From IMG/VR virus record IMGVR_UViG_3300019129_000002, positions 891 to 64,890 of that record: DNA of 64,000 bases; one strand, given 5' to 3'. Below, one piece after another: positions 46,048-54,649 of this stretch. The stretch's first letter is position 1. Every line of letters starts with the position of its first letter. The DNA comes from a virus (Duplodnaviria; Caudoviricetes). Both the position numbers and the translations under genes were made by a program. Below the pieces are notes generated by a model. That model did not search any database. It saw nothing but the letters and a program-made list of their open reading frames with translations, and was not told where the DNA came from.

Positions 46048-46269
46048 ATGGTTGTTGAAGTAGGTTCTGAAGTTTTCGTTACTAGTATTAAAGACTATGA
46101 CATCCTTACTATTGAAGACGATACCTTTCGTTTCCAATGGGGTTGTGTTATCAGAAAAATCACCGCCTCAAGTCCAGATAAGTTGGGTAATGTAGATTAC
46201 GAAGTTAAGTATTACGCAAGAATAGGAGAAGCAAGTGCAGAAAAAGATTCTAACGTTCAACGCACCTGA
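46048..46269 (+). CDS. Hypothetical protein
   Basis: Co-oriented ORF. Confidence 0.5.
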   Translation: MVVEVGSEVFVTSIKDYDILTIEDDTFRFQWGCVIRKITASSPDKLGNVDYEVKYYARIGEASAEKDSNVQRT

Positions 46270-46810
46270 TAGAGCAGGTAAATCCACCCTAATCAAAGAA
46301 ATAGAAAGTCTTGGAAAGGGGGTTAAGGTTATCCACCTTGGGCCACCTCAATGGGACTGGAATAACCCTTTAGAAGACATTGAGGGACACATTAAAGAGT
46401 TGCTTGAACAAACTGAGTATAACACCTTGGTCTATGATAGAGGTTGGATATGCCGTCATGTCTATTCTCAGATCCGGGATAAAGGTTTTGATATGCTAAA
46501 CGCTATCAAGTATTTAGAACTCCAGATCCTCCGAAAGAAAGTAGAATGTTATCATGTGATTCTCTACCGTCCTTGGTACTTCTCTGGACCAAAAAACTTT
46601 GAGGAGGTTGACACGACTTCTACCAATCACTGGGAGACTCTCTATAAAATGGAGAGCCGAAGAAAGGAACACCTTGCTTACTATGATTTTGCTTACGAGT
46701 TCTTGACGGAACATTCCTTATTCCCTACAATTGAACTTAGGGGACACCAAAGATTTAATGTGGACGATGTCTTAAAAGGAATGTGGACTTATAAGGAGGA
46801 AATGGCTTAA
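46235..46810 (+). CDS. Thymidylate-kinase-like dNMP kinase
   Basis: APDRAGKST P-loop, IHLGPP and VYDRGW...VY. Confidence 0.75.
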   Translation: MQKKILTFNAPDRAGKSTLIKEIESLGKGVKVIHLGPPQWDWNNPLEDIEGHIKELLEQTEYNTLVYDRGWICRHVYSQIRDKGFDMLNAIKYLELQILRKKVECYHVILYRPWYFSGPKNFEEVDTTSTNHWETLYKMESRRKEHLAYYDFAYEFLTEHSLFPTIELRGHQRFNVDDVLKGMWTYKEEMA

Positions 46811-47026
46811 ATGGCTTTTCCTCCACCCAGGAACTACTCACTACAGATCCAAACTATTTGTCAATGGTTGGACTCTGCACAGTGGGCTCTGGAAGAACTA
46901 AATAATGTTGAACGGGCTAATGAAGACTACTTCTTAGCTTGTCAACTTTCCCGTACTCTCCCCTCCATACCGGAGGAGCTTTTTCGTTGTCTTAAAGAAG
47001 TGGGTAAAAATCTAGAGGATAGATAA
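46811..47026 (+). CDS. Hypothetical protein
   Basis: Coupled ORF. Confidence 0.55.
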   Translation: MAFPPPRNYSLQIQTICQWLDSAQWALEELNNVERANEDYFLACQLSRTLPSIPEELFRCLKEVGKNLEDR

Positions 47027-47040
47027 AGTAAATAAAGAAT

Positions 47041-47430
47041 ATGAAAACTCTAAAGTCCGAACAAATGGTATCCAATAGCGGTAAAACTGTCGTTATGCCT
47101 GAGACAGATGATATCGAATGCACTGTCATTTCCTCTGGGAAACAAGTTTGCTTTCGTCCTATGGTAGCTAAAGACCTTCTCGTTATGGAAAGGTTATCAG
47201 CACGTCCTAAACCAGGGAAGAAAGGACAAGAACAGGCTGGGATGGGTGAAATCGAGATGAGCATCCGTCTTATGGAAAGATTATCAGTTTCACCAGGAAA
47301 AATCACCGTGGTTGAACTTGAAAAGTTAGGAATGAAAGACTTCCAAGCGATCTCTTCTCTTTTAAGTCTAGTGAGTGGTACAGATGACAAAGAAGATGAT
47401 TACCTAGAGGATGGCCTGGGAAACGAATAG
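47041..47430 (+). CDS. Tail assembly chaperone (gpG-like)
   Basis: SGKQVCFRPMVAKDLL...ELEKLGMKDFQAI Mu gp41-like pattern; ends LGNE over a G-GGA-AAC slippery site. Confidence 0.7.
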   Translation: MKTLKSEQMVSNSGKTVVMPETDDIECTVISSGKQVCFRPMVAKDLLVMERLSARPKPGKKGQEQAGMGEIEMSIRLMERLSVSPGKITVVELEKLGMKDFQAISSLLSLVSGTDDKEDDYLEDGLGNE

Positions 47431-47867
47431 AGGTTAGGGATTTACCTGATTTCTCTTATAGAATAACTCTTCCTTCTAAAAAGAAACTAAGAATAAGAGA
47501 AATCTGCCCGAAGGACTACTATCAAATCCAGATCTGGATGGGAGAACTAGAAGAAACAGAAACTCTTCTGGTTTATAACATTTTTAAACTTCTGATTAAA
47601 GAACCTACCAAGAAAGGAAGTTTCCTAGAGAACCTCGATGTAAGAGATTGGGGATGTTTGGTTAGTTGGGCTTCCGATAACCTCCTAGAAGATAAGATAA
47701 TGCCCGTGGAGGATTGGTTAGAAGTTTGCTTTTACCTTATGAAAGAAAGATGGGGAAGTGACATGGACTGGTTAGAGAAGCAACCCTTAAGCAAGATTAT
47801 GACTATGATAAACATCGTTAAACGACATGGAGAGAGGGTAAAAAAGTCATACGACACTAAGAAATAG
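47418..47867 (+). CDS. -1 frameshift extension of the tail assembly chaperone (gpGT-like)
   Basis: The -1 frame is open from GGGAAAC (47418-47424) into the 47538-47867 ORF. Confidence 0.7.
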   Translation, partial: GKRIEVRDLPDFSYRITLPSKKKLRIREICPKDYYQIQIWMGELEETETLLVYNIFKLLIKEPTKKGSFLENLDVRDWGCLVSWASDNLLEDKIMPVEDWLEVCFYLMKERWGSDMDWLEKQPLSKIMTMINIVKRHGERVKKSYDTKK

Positions 47868-47871
47868 TAAT

Positions 47872-48276
47872 ATGATTGAGTGGGAAGTAGAAATCCCTGT
47901 CCTTAATGTAGATGACTGGTGGCAAAAAACTCAAAAAGAATATACCAGACACTGGAGAGACGACATCCGACCTTACTGGAAAGCAGAAGTAGACCCTGTT
48001 GATCAAAGTGCATGGTCTTTAAGAAAAAAAGATTATTCTTGGAAGACTCTTAGGAAGACGGGTCGTATGCAAGACACTGCCCAATTACGAGTAGGTAGCA
48101 ACGATTTATTCAGGGTAAAAATAAATAGATACGGAATTTACCATCAACAGGGAACCCGTCGCATGGCTCAAAGGCGGTGGCTAGGTATTCCTAGAGAAGG
48201 GATGCAAAAACTCAGTAAATTTAGTGCAAAGCATATTTTGAACAATGGAAGAACAAAAACTTACCGATTCGGTTGA
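47872..48276 (+). CDS. Virion morphogenesis / tail-completion protein (Mu gpG / P2 gpS-like)
   Basis: LRKTGRM...YGIYHQQGTRRMAQRRWLGI. Confidence 0.75.
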   Translation: MIEWEVEIPVLNVDDWWQKTQKEYTRHWRDDIRPYWKAEVDPVDQSAWSLRKKDYSWKTLRKTGRMQDTAQLRVGSNDLFRVKINRYGIYHQQGTRRMAQRRWLGIPREGMQKLSKFSAKHILNNGRTKTYRFG

Positions 48277-48523
48277 AGAAGTAAAAAAGATGAACCCAAA
48301 CCCACTGTTAAAAGTCGAAAAAGAACTACAAGAAGAAAAACCAAAGAGCCGACGGACAACAAGGTCAAGAAAGAAGAAACCAGAATCACCCCCTGCCCAA
48401 GAGCATCCAAGCGAAAAAACTCCAAAATCGCAGCCGCAATCCGAAGAAAAAAATAAAGGGTTGACAAGGGGTCAGATCATTGCTGAACGTTTGATTCAAA
48501 GAGCAAGAGCAAGGGGTTATTAA
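48245..48523 (+). CDS. Low-complexity basic/acidic hypothetical protein
   Basis: Co-oriented ORF in the structural region. Confidence 0.55.
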   Translation: MEEQKLTDSVEEVKKMNPNPLLKVEKELQEEKPKSRRTTRSRKKKPESPPAQEHPSEKTPKSQPQSEEKNKGLTRGQIIAERLIQRARARGY

Positions 48524-48526
48524 TCC

Positions 48527-48865
48527 ATGGCTGTCAATACCAGAGTTTTTCGAAGTGAAGATACCTGGAGAAGACTGGGTTATATAGTTCATCAAGACTC
48601 CCGAGAGTTCCGAAGAGTGTTAGACGAGAACCCCGCCTGGGATATCGGATTCTTACCTGCCGAGGGTGACATAGTTTTTGTTAACTCTAGTCAGTTTGGG
48701 GAACCCGTAGGACAGTTAAAAAGTATCCCTCTGACAGATTTTGCAGGTGCAAATAACGGAACTCAAAACAACTTCTACCCGTGGAATGATTTGAAAAAGC
48801 TTTATAAAAGACTTTCAAAATACACTCAATATGGTTTAGATAACCCAAATGAACTAAACGGATAA
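48527..48865 (+). CDS. Tail protein X / LysM-like baseplate protein
   Basis: DTWRRLGY...FRRVLDENP...LPAEGDIV. Confidence 0.55.
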   Translation: MAVNTRVFRSEDTWRRLGYIVHQDSREFRRVLDENPAWDIGFLPAEGDIVFVNSSQFGEPVGQLKSIPLTDFAGANNGTQNNFYPWNDLKKLYKRLSKYTQYGLDNPNELNG

Positions 48866-48946
48866 GCCCTAAGCTCTTCGGAGACCAGCATCTAGTAAAT
48901 CCTGCTAGAACTTAGGCGATTATTATCAGGATAAGGAAAAGGAAAA

Positions 48947-51900
48947 ATGTCAACAATTTCATTAGCATCGTTTAGTACAGGGGCTGCCGGAACCTTTATT
49001 ACAGAAGGTGTCTCGGCTTCCAGTGGTCAGCCTACTATCGCTACCCACAACTCCGTTTATATGTTGGTAGAGGTTCCTAATAGTGTTCCCGTAACATTAT
49101 TCCCAGAGAACGAGCCAACCTTAATATTCTCTCTTAACGACTATCTTAATCTTATCGGGGGAACCGTTCCCGTTGAAGGTTCAGAACTTTTAAGTTACAA
49201 CAACGTTAACTCCTTCTTCCTCAATGCACAAGGTGGAGCTTTATACGTAGTTCGTGTCGGTACTCCTGCTCAAGTACAACGTTTAACCTTCCGTGCAAAC
49301 GGTAACAAAGATAATGGGACTTCTATTCCTTCTAGTTTAAAGAAAGGAGATGCAGTTTATGCTCAAATCTCATTAAACGGTCAGGAACTAGGTGATAAAA
49401 ACCCTCTCGGACAATATCGTGGTGTCCGGGTAGTAATCCCTGTCGATTACGATGCGGGAAACTTAACAAGCCAACTACAGATCAGTCAAGCTATTCGAGA
49501 TGCAGTTAAAGACGCCATTGAAGAAGACTCTCTAATCTCTTCTTCTGCTTATGTTCGGGATTCTTCCAGTAATCCTTTAACAGGAGACTCCTTCTTAGAT
49601 CTTACAGGCCGAGTCTTAGGTCAACCTGTGGTAGTAGTTCCTACAGTTCAACCTGTAGATAACTTATTCGTATTTAGCCTCAGCACCTACGATGTATCTA
49701 ACTTAAACGTTGAAGACCTTCCTGATCAAGGCCCTAACGATTATCTTCAAACCATTCGTACAGGTTTTACAGGACAACTACCTCAAGGTTTCTTGTTGGC
49801 TCCTACCGCTTTCCAAAAATTCCGAGCAACTGATCGCGCAGCTATCGGGGCGGCTATGGAGGCATTGGCTTCTAATGAGAACTATAAATGGATGGCTCTT
49901 GTCGATCCTGGCCCATACTTAGTAACCGATCTGCAACCTTATGCTGACTTTGAGCAACATAGTCCTGCTGACGGATTCTTCGAGAATGAACTCTATCTTA
50001 TCGGAAATACTATCTATCGTTGGACTGACTCTGACTTTCGCTTCCGTCAAGTAAACGTTGGCTTAACTGCTGATGAAGGTATTAACAAGAACATTGACCC
50101 TGGTTTTGATCAACGGGTTTCAATCAAGGATGACCGTATCATTGATGTAAATTCTGCCAATAGTGTTACTGATGTATTAACTCTTGCAGAAGATTGGCCT
50201 ATTGATAGTGACGGGTTCTCTACAGGGTCTCAGGTAGAACTAACTGACTCCACTATTAGTGGTCTGGACGATGGAACTTACTTTGTTATTGCTAGTGATG
50301 TAGAAATCACCCTCAACGGTAATGAAATCAAGTTAGCATCCACTATCGCTAATGCTCTTAACAATGTTGCCATTGATGTAACCGATGGTGGTTCAGGTGT
50401 TATTAGTTATCTAAATCCTGCTTTCGACTTAAAAGTTACTATTAACGACAAGACTTCCCACTTACTTGAAGCTCTTACTAACGATCAAGCTTTCAACGCA
50501 GCTTATCTTCCTGCTTCCTTGCAGAAGCCAACTGAACGTTATACTTTCCGCAACGTAGTTCGCCGATTTGTTGACCTTCAAGGTTCTCTAGCTTCCGAAG
50601 CACCTAACTTTGTAGTTTCTAGTAACGTAAGTACAGCCGGAGACACAATCAGCTTTAGCAACTCTTATACTGACAAAGATTTCGTCTTTGTTAATAAAGT
50701 TTCTGGAGCAACCGCCGCACAATATGAGACAGGTGGTTTAGTGACCTTAGGAACCATCGTAGGTGGTACTGGCTACACTGATGGGACTTATGTTAATATC
50801 CCCTTCTCAGGTGGTACAGGTGGTGGAGCCGTTGCTGATATCGTAGTTTCTGGTGGAGCCGTAACAGGTGTAACCATTAAAGATGGTGGAATCAGCTATG
50901 TTGCTACCGACGTTCTTACTGTAGACGATTCTCTTATTGGTGGAGGATCTAGTTTTACTTATACTGTAACAGGCGCTTCTCCTTTAGTAAATGCTGACTT
51001 AATCGGTTATTTCTATGTAGCTAACCGCACAGGAACAAATTTCCAACTAGCGTTAGACCCTGCCTTAACCAAAGTTATCAATATTACCGGAGCCGGTGTT
51101 GATTCAACAACATTCCGGATACCTAGCGTATTATCTGTATCTAATATAGGTGCGGACACTAACTCCTTATTCTTATTGGAAGACCACGGTTTAACCGATG
51201 GACAAGCTGTATTATTCTCTGGCGACGTAGTTGATGGGAATAGTAAGAACTTCTTAAGTGGAACAAATGCTAATAACTTAGTGCGTTACTACGTCTCTAA
51301 AGTTGATGATGACACCTTCTACTTAGCAGTAAGTTTAGCAGCCGTCGCTGACTCTCAGTTCCTAAACCTTCCTGAGAATCCAGTTCTGACGACTTCTACG
51401 GTAGAAATCTTTACCGATTATGAATATGAAAGTAATGAAAATCCTTTCAATGCTTATAACGAAGCAAGATACATCCGGGGACGTAAATATCAACTCGACA
51501 CCACTTTAGCAGAATATGATCTTGAAGATGAAAATGCTGATGTGATTGCAGACCGTCGAGTAGTCATTCGAGTGGCACAAGCTCAAAACGCTGTTGACGA
51601 AACTGGGTTCTACTACACTTATCAGACTCAAGCGGACGCAACTCCCATCAGTTCTTCCAACTTACCTAGTGGTGACGATATCTTCTTCAACACACCTACT
51701 GAAGAACAAGATACTCAACAAGTTCTTTACTTCGTATGTGGTATTGAAGATACCAGTGGAACCTCACCTCCACCCACTTCTGTTATCCAAGGTTCTGCTT
51801 TAACGTTGAACTTTGTTCCTGAGATTACTCCTCCTTCCAGCGTATGGAACTTCAAGACAGTTACTTCTTTGGACTTAATCGACGAATTCTTACGCGGTAT

Positions 51901-52699
51901 TAACAACGAAGGTGTTGCTCAAGTAGTCGTCGTGGATCAAGGTCTGGATTCCCATTCCAAGTTAATCGCTGACGGTTTAAACTATAGCACTGTGTTCGGG
52001 TTCTTAGCTTACTACGGGCCTTATATTCTTAACGAACAAAGACTCTGGGTGTCTCCTACTCCATTCGCAGCCGGCGTGGCAGTAAGACGTTATCGGGCAG
52101 AAGGGTTCCAATATCCACCTGCTGGTGTTAAATACCGTCTGAGAGGAGCGTTAGAGTCTCAAATCAAGATCTCCAGTGCAGAACAAGATGTTTCTAACCC
52201 TCTGGGTATTAACGTTCTGAGAACCCTCCCTGGTTACCCTACTGCAGATATTTATATCTGGGGTGGTAGAACTCGTGTTGACCGTCAAGACGTTGCTCAA
52301 AAACTCTATCAGTTCGTTAACACTCGTGTTATTCTGAACGTGATTTACGGTTCTTTGAAATTTGCCTTTGATTGTGAAATCTTCTCAGTTGGTGATGGTC
52401 AAAACGTCTTATTTACAAGGTTAAGAGCTCTTGCGGAAGCTTTACTCTATAGTTTATGGGTAGGGGGTGCATTATTCGGGTCTAAGCCTGGAGATGCTTA
52501 TTCCGTTATCTGTGACAGACGCAACAATCCTTCTAACACCTTAGAGGAGGGTATTGTTCAAATCTCAGTGTTCGTGGTTCCTGTTCCTACTTTGGAACGT
52601 ATCCAACTCGAACTCGTCCGTGTTTCCATTGATGGCGGCATTCCTGCGGCTCTTGGTGGTGCTGGATTCGATTATGCAACCAGTAATAGCTTTATCTAA
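48947..52699 (+). CDS. Contractile tail sheath protein with large insertion
   Basis: N-terminal AGTFITE; C-terminal AYYGPY, YPPAG, GINVLR, IWGGRT, VNTRV, VICDRRNN and PVPTLERI. Confidence 0.9.
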   Translation: MSTISLASFSTGAAGTFITEGVSASSGQPTIATHNSVYMLVEVPNSVPVTLFPENEPTLIFSLNDYLNLIGGTVPVEGSELLSYNNVNSFFLNAQGGALYVVRVGTPAQVQRLTFRANGNKDNGTSIPSSLKKGDAVYAQISLNGQELGDKNPLGQYRGVRVVIPVDYDAGNLTSQLQISQAIRDAVKDAIEEDSLISSSAYVRDSSSNPLTGDSFLDLTGRVLGQPVVVVPTVQPVDNLFVFSLSTYDVSNLNVEDLPDQGPNDYLQTIRTGFTGQLPQGFLLAPTAFQKFRATDRAAIGAAMEALASNENYKWMALVDPGPYLVTDLQPYADFEQHSPADGFFENELYLIGNTIYRWTDSDFRFRQVNVGLTADEGINKNIDPGFDQRVSIKDDRIIDVNSANSVTDVLTLAEDWPIDSDGFSTGSQVELTDSTISGLDDGTYFVIASDVEITLNGNEIKLASTIANALNNVAIDVTDGGSGVISYLNPAFDLKVTINDKTSHLLEALTNDQAFNAAYLPASLQKPTERYTFRNVVRRFVDLQGSLASEAPNFVVSSNVSTAGDTISFSNSYTDKDFVFVNKVSGATAAQYETGGLVTLGTIVGGTGYTDGTYVNIPFSGGTGGGAVADIVVSGGAVTGVTIKDGGISYVATDVLTVDDSLIGGGSSFTYTVTGASPLVNADLIGYFYVANRTGTNFQLALDPALTKVINITGAGVDSTTFRIPSVLSVSNIGADTNSLFLLEDHGLTDGQAVLFSGDVVDGNSKNFLSGTNANNLVRYYVSKVDDDTFYLAVSLAAVADSQFLNLPENPVLTTSTVEIFTDYEYESNENPFNAYNEARYIRGRKYQLDTTLAEYDLEDENADVIADRRVVIRVAQAQNAVDETGFYYTYQTQADATPISSSNLPSGDDIFFNTPTEEQDTQQVLYFVCGIEDTSGTSPPPTSVIQGSALTLNFVPEITPPSSVWNFKTVTSLDLIDEFLRGINNEGVAQVVVVDQGLDSHSKLIADGLNYSTVFGFLAYYGPYILNEQRLWVSPTPFAAGVAVRRYRAEGFQYPPAGVKYRLRGALESQIKISSAEQDVSNPLGINVLRTLPGYPTADIYIWGGRTRVDRQDVAQKLYQFVNTRVILNVIYGSLKFAFDCEIFSVGDGQNVLFTRLRALAEALLYSLWVGGALFGSKPGDAYSVICDRRNNPSNTLEEGIVQISVFVVPVPTLERIQLELVRVSIDGGIPAALGGAGFDYATSNSFI

Positions 52700-52707
52700 T
52701 CCCTAGG

Positions 52708-52740
52708 GGCCTAGGGGGTAAAACCTCTTAGGTCTTTTTT
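52708..52740 (+). terminator. Intrinsic terminator after the sheath gene
   Basis: GGCCTAGGGGG-TAAAA-CCTCTTAGGTC stem followed by T6. Confidence 0.7.
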
Positions 52741-52897
52741 CTTATTTAATCTAAATGAAAGATACAAAAACTTACAGATACTTAGGATTAGGAGAACTAA
52801 GAGAGGAAAGGTCGAAGTTAATAAAGGCTAGTCCTCCCGACTTAGATTCTAGATTAAGAAGGATAGATGCCATTATTAGGGGGTTTTATAAGGTCTA

Positions 52898-53263
52898 ATG
52901 AGCTTAGCAGCAAAGAGGGGGTTGACTTATCCTTTAGAAGTGGATATAAATGGTCAGTTAAAAACTTCTACGGACTACAATCTTGTTAGAGAACACATTT
53001 TGTCAGTTCTTGATACACGCCCCTATGAAAGGGTTTTAAGAGCGGATTATGGTTTACCCGATTTAATCTTTGAAGTCATAAACCCTATATTGATAAACTC
53101 TAGGATATCAAAAGCCATTTTAGACGAAGTAACCGAACTATCAGATTTAGAGGTCGACGGGGAATGGAGAAATACAGGGGAAGAAGGTATATATCAAGTT
53201 AAGATTACTTACTTTGTAAATGGGGTTCCCCAACCACCTATATCATTCGCACTTCAACGATAA
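52898..53263 (+). CDS. Baseplate wedge protein, GPW/gp25 family
   Basis: GLTYPL...VREHILSVLDTRPYERVLRADYG. Confidence 0.85.
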   Translation: MSLAAKRGLTYPLEVDINGQLKTSTDYNLVREHILSVLDTRPYERVLRADYGLPDLIFEVINPILINSRISKAILDEVTELSDLEVDGEWRNTGEEGIYQVKITYFVNGVPQPPISFALQR

Positions 53264-53282
53264 TAAACTTGGGGAAAGATTA

Positions 53283-54647
53283 GTGTCTAAAAGATTTCAA
53301 ACAGCACCCCTCTCAGGGGCTAAAGGTGAAGCAGCAGCCTATACAGATAACCCTTTTCAGCCATATTGGTATGGAGAAAAAGGTAGAGATTCTTCAGAAG
53401 GAGCCGTCCTGCAACCCAGTGACGAACTTCTTCTGGATAAAGGGGGGGTTCGCGCCCTCAATATGTACACTCGGTTGTTATTGGATGCTACTGTTCAATC
53501 AGCTATTTCTAGATTAGTTCAAGATATTACCTCAAAAGATATTGTGGTAGAACCTTTTTCTGAACTTCCTGGAGACAAAGTAGTAGCAGAATACGTGGAA
53601 AACCAAATAAACAACTTGCCAATGGATGAGATTTACAGAGGTTTTTCTGAAGCCATTATAACAGGATGCTCCTATGGGGAGATTATTTGGAACCGAACAA
53701 GAGCTGGTATTATTGCAGAAGAAGTTAGAATGAAAGACCCTCGGAGGTTCTTATGGCAAGAAAATCCAGAAGCTAAAAGAGGGTTTAACCTGAGGGTTGT
53801 CACAAGAGGAAACCAGTTTACTGGTGAGAAAGTACCTGAAAGAAAAATCATACCCTTCCGTTACTATATCAGTAACAATGGAGACCCTTATGGTCAAGGA
53901 GTGGGTAGGATACTTTACCCTTTATTGAAGTTTAGACGCAGGGCTCAAGAATCTCAAGTCTTATATTCTGACAGGTTTGCTAACCCAACCGTAGTTGTAA
54001 CCGCCCCCTTGTCTGCAACAGTTAATGAGATTAACACCTTATATGGGCAGATTACAAACTTGTCTCAAGAAACTGCTATAATCCTTCCAGAAGGTTATAA
54101 CTATGACTTTGCCAATCCTCAAGGGAATGGGGAAGTCTTTGAACAGATTTTGAAAAACCTTGCTAAAGAGATTCATATTCTTATAACAGGGGAAGCCGAA
54201 ACGGGTAATCCTGATGCTGGGAGTAGAGCTTCCTCAGAAGTTGCTCAAACGGTTAGAACAGTTCGTGCAAGCGAACTTTCTCAACTAATAAGCAAACAGC
54301 TTCGTGACACTTTAGTTAGATGGATAGTAGATTTTAACTTTGGTGTTAACGTAATGACTCCTAATATCCGGAGAGACTTCCGCCTGGAAGAGAGTAGTTC
54401 TTTAACTGTTCCAGATATTGTTCTCCTTAACGAAGGGACTGGTCTCTCACCTACCCAGGATTGGATAGCCAACCACTTCAAAGTGGAACTGCATGAAGAG
54501 AGCAAAAAAGTTGCTTCAGAAGAAGATAAGGAGTTAGGAAGATTGGAAACTAAATCTGATGAGGATATCTTAGAATCTCTCTTCGAGACTAAGGAAGAAG
54601 AAAATCAAATGAATGCCCTGGAAGGGGTCTTAACAAGAGAGGAATAA
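53283..54647 (+). CDS. Portal protein (Mu gp29 / DUF935 family)
   Basis: DATVQSA, EAIITGCSYGEIIW, DPYGQG, DRFANP and GSRASSEV; GTG start at 53283 preferred. Confidence 0.85.
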   Translation: MSKRFQTAPLSGAKGEAAAYTDNPFQPYWYGEKGRDSSEGAVLQPSDELLLDKGGVRALNMYTRLLLDATVQSAISRLVQDITSKDIVVEPFSELPGDKVVAEYVENQINNLPMDEIYRGFSEAIITGCSYGEIIWNRTRAGIIAEEVRMKDPRRFLWQENPEAKRGFNLRVVTRGNQFTGEKVPERKIIPFRYYISNNGDPYGQGVGRILYPLLKFRRRAQESQVLYSDRFANPTVVVTAPLSATVNEINTLYGQITNLSQETAIILPEGYNYDFANPQGNGEVFEQILKNLAKEIHILITGEAETGNPDAGSRASSEVAQTVRTVRASELSQLISKQLRDTLVRWIVDFNFGVNVMTPNIRRDFRLEESSSLTVPDIVLLNEGTGLSPTQDWIANHFKVELHEESKKVASEEDKELGRLETKSDEDILESLFETKEEENQMNALEGVLTREE

Positions 54648-54649
54648 AA

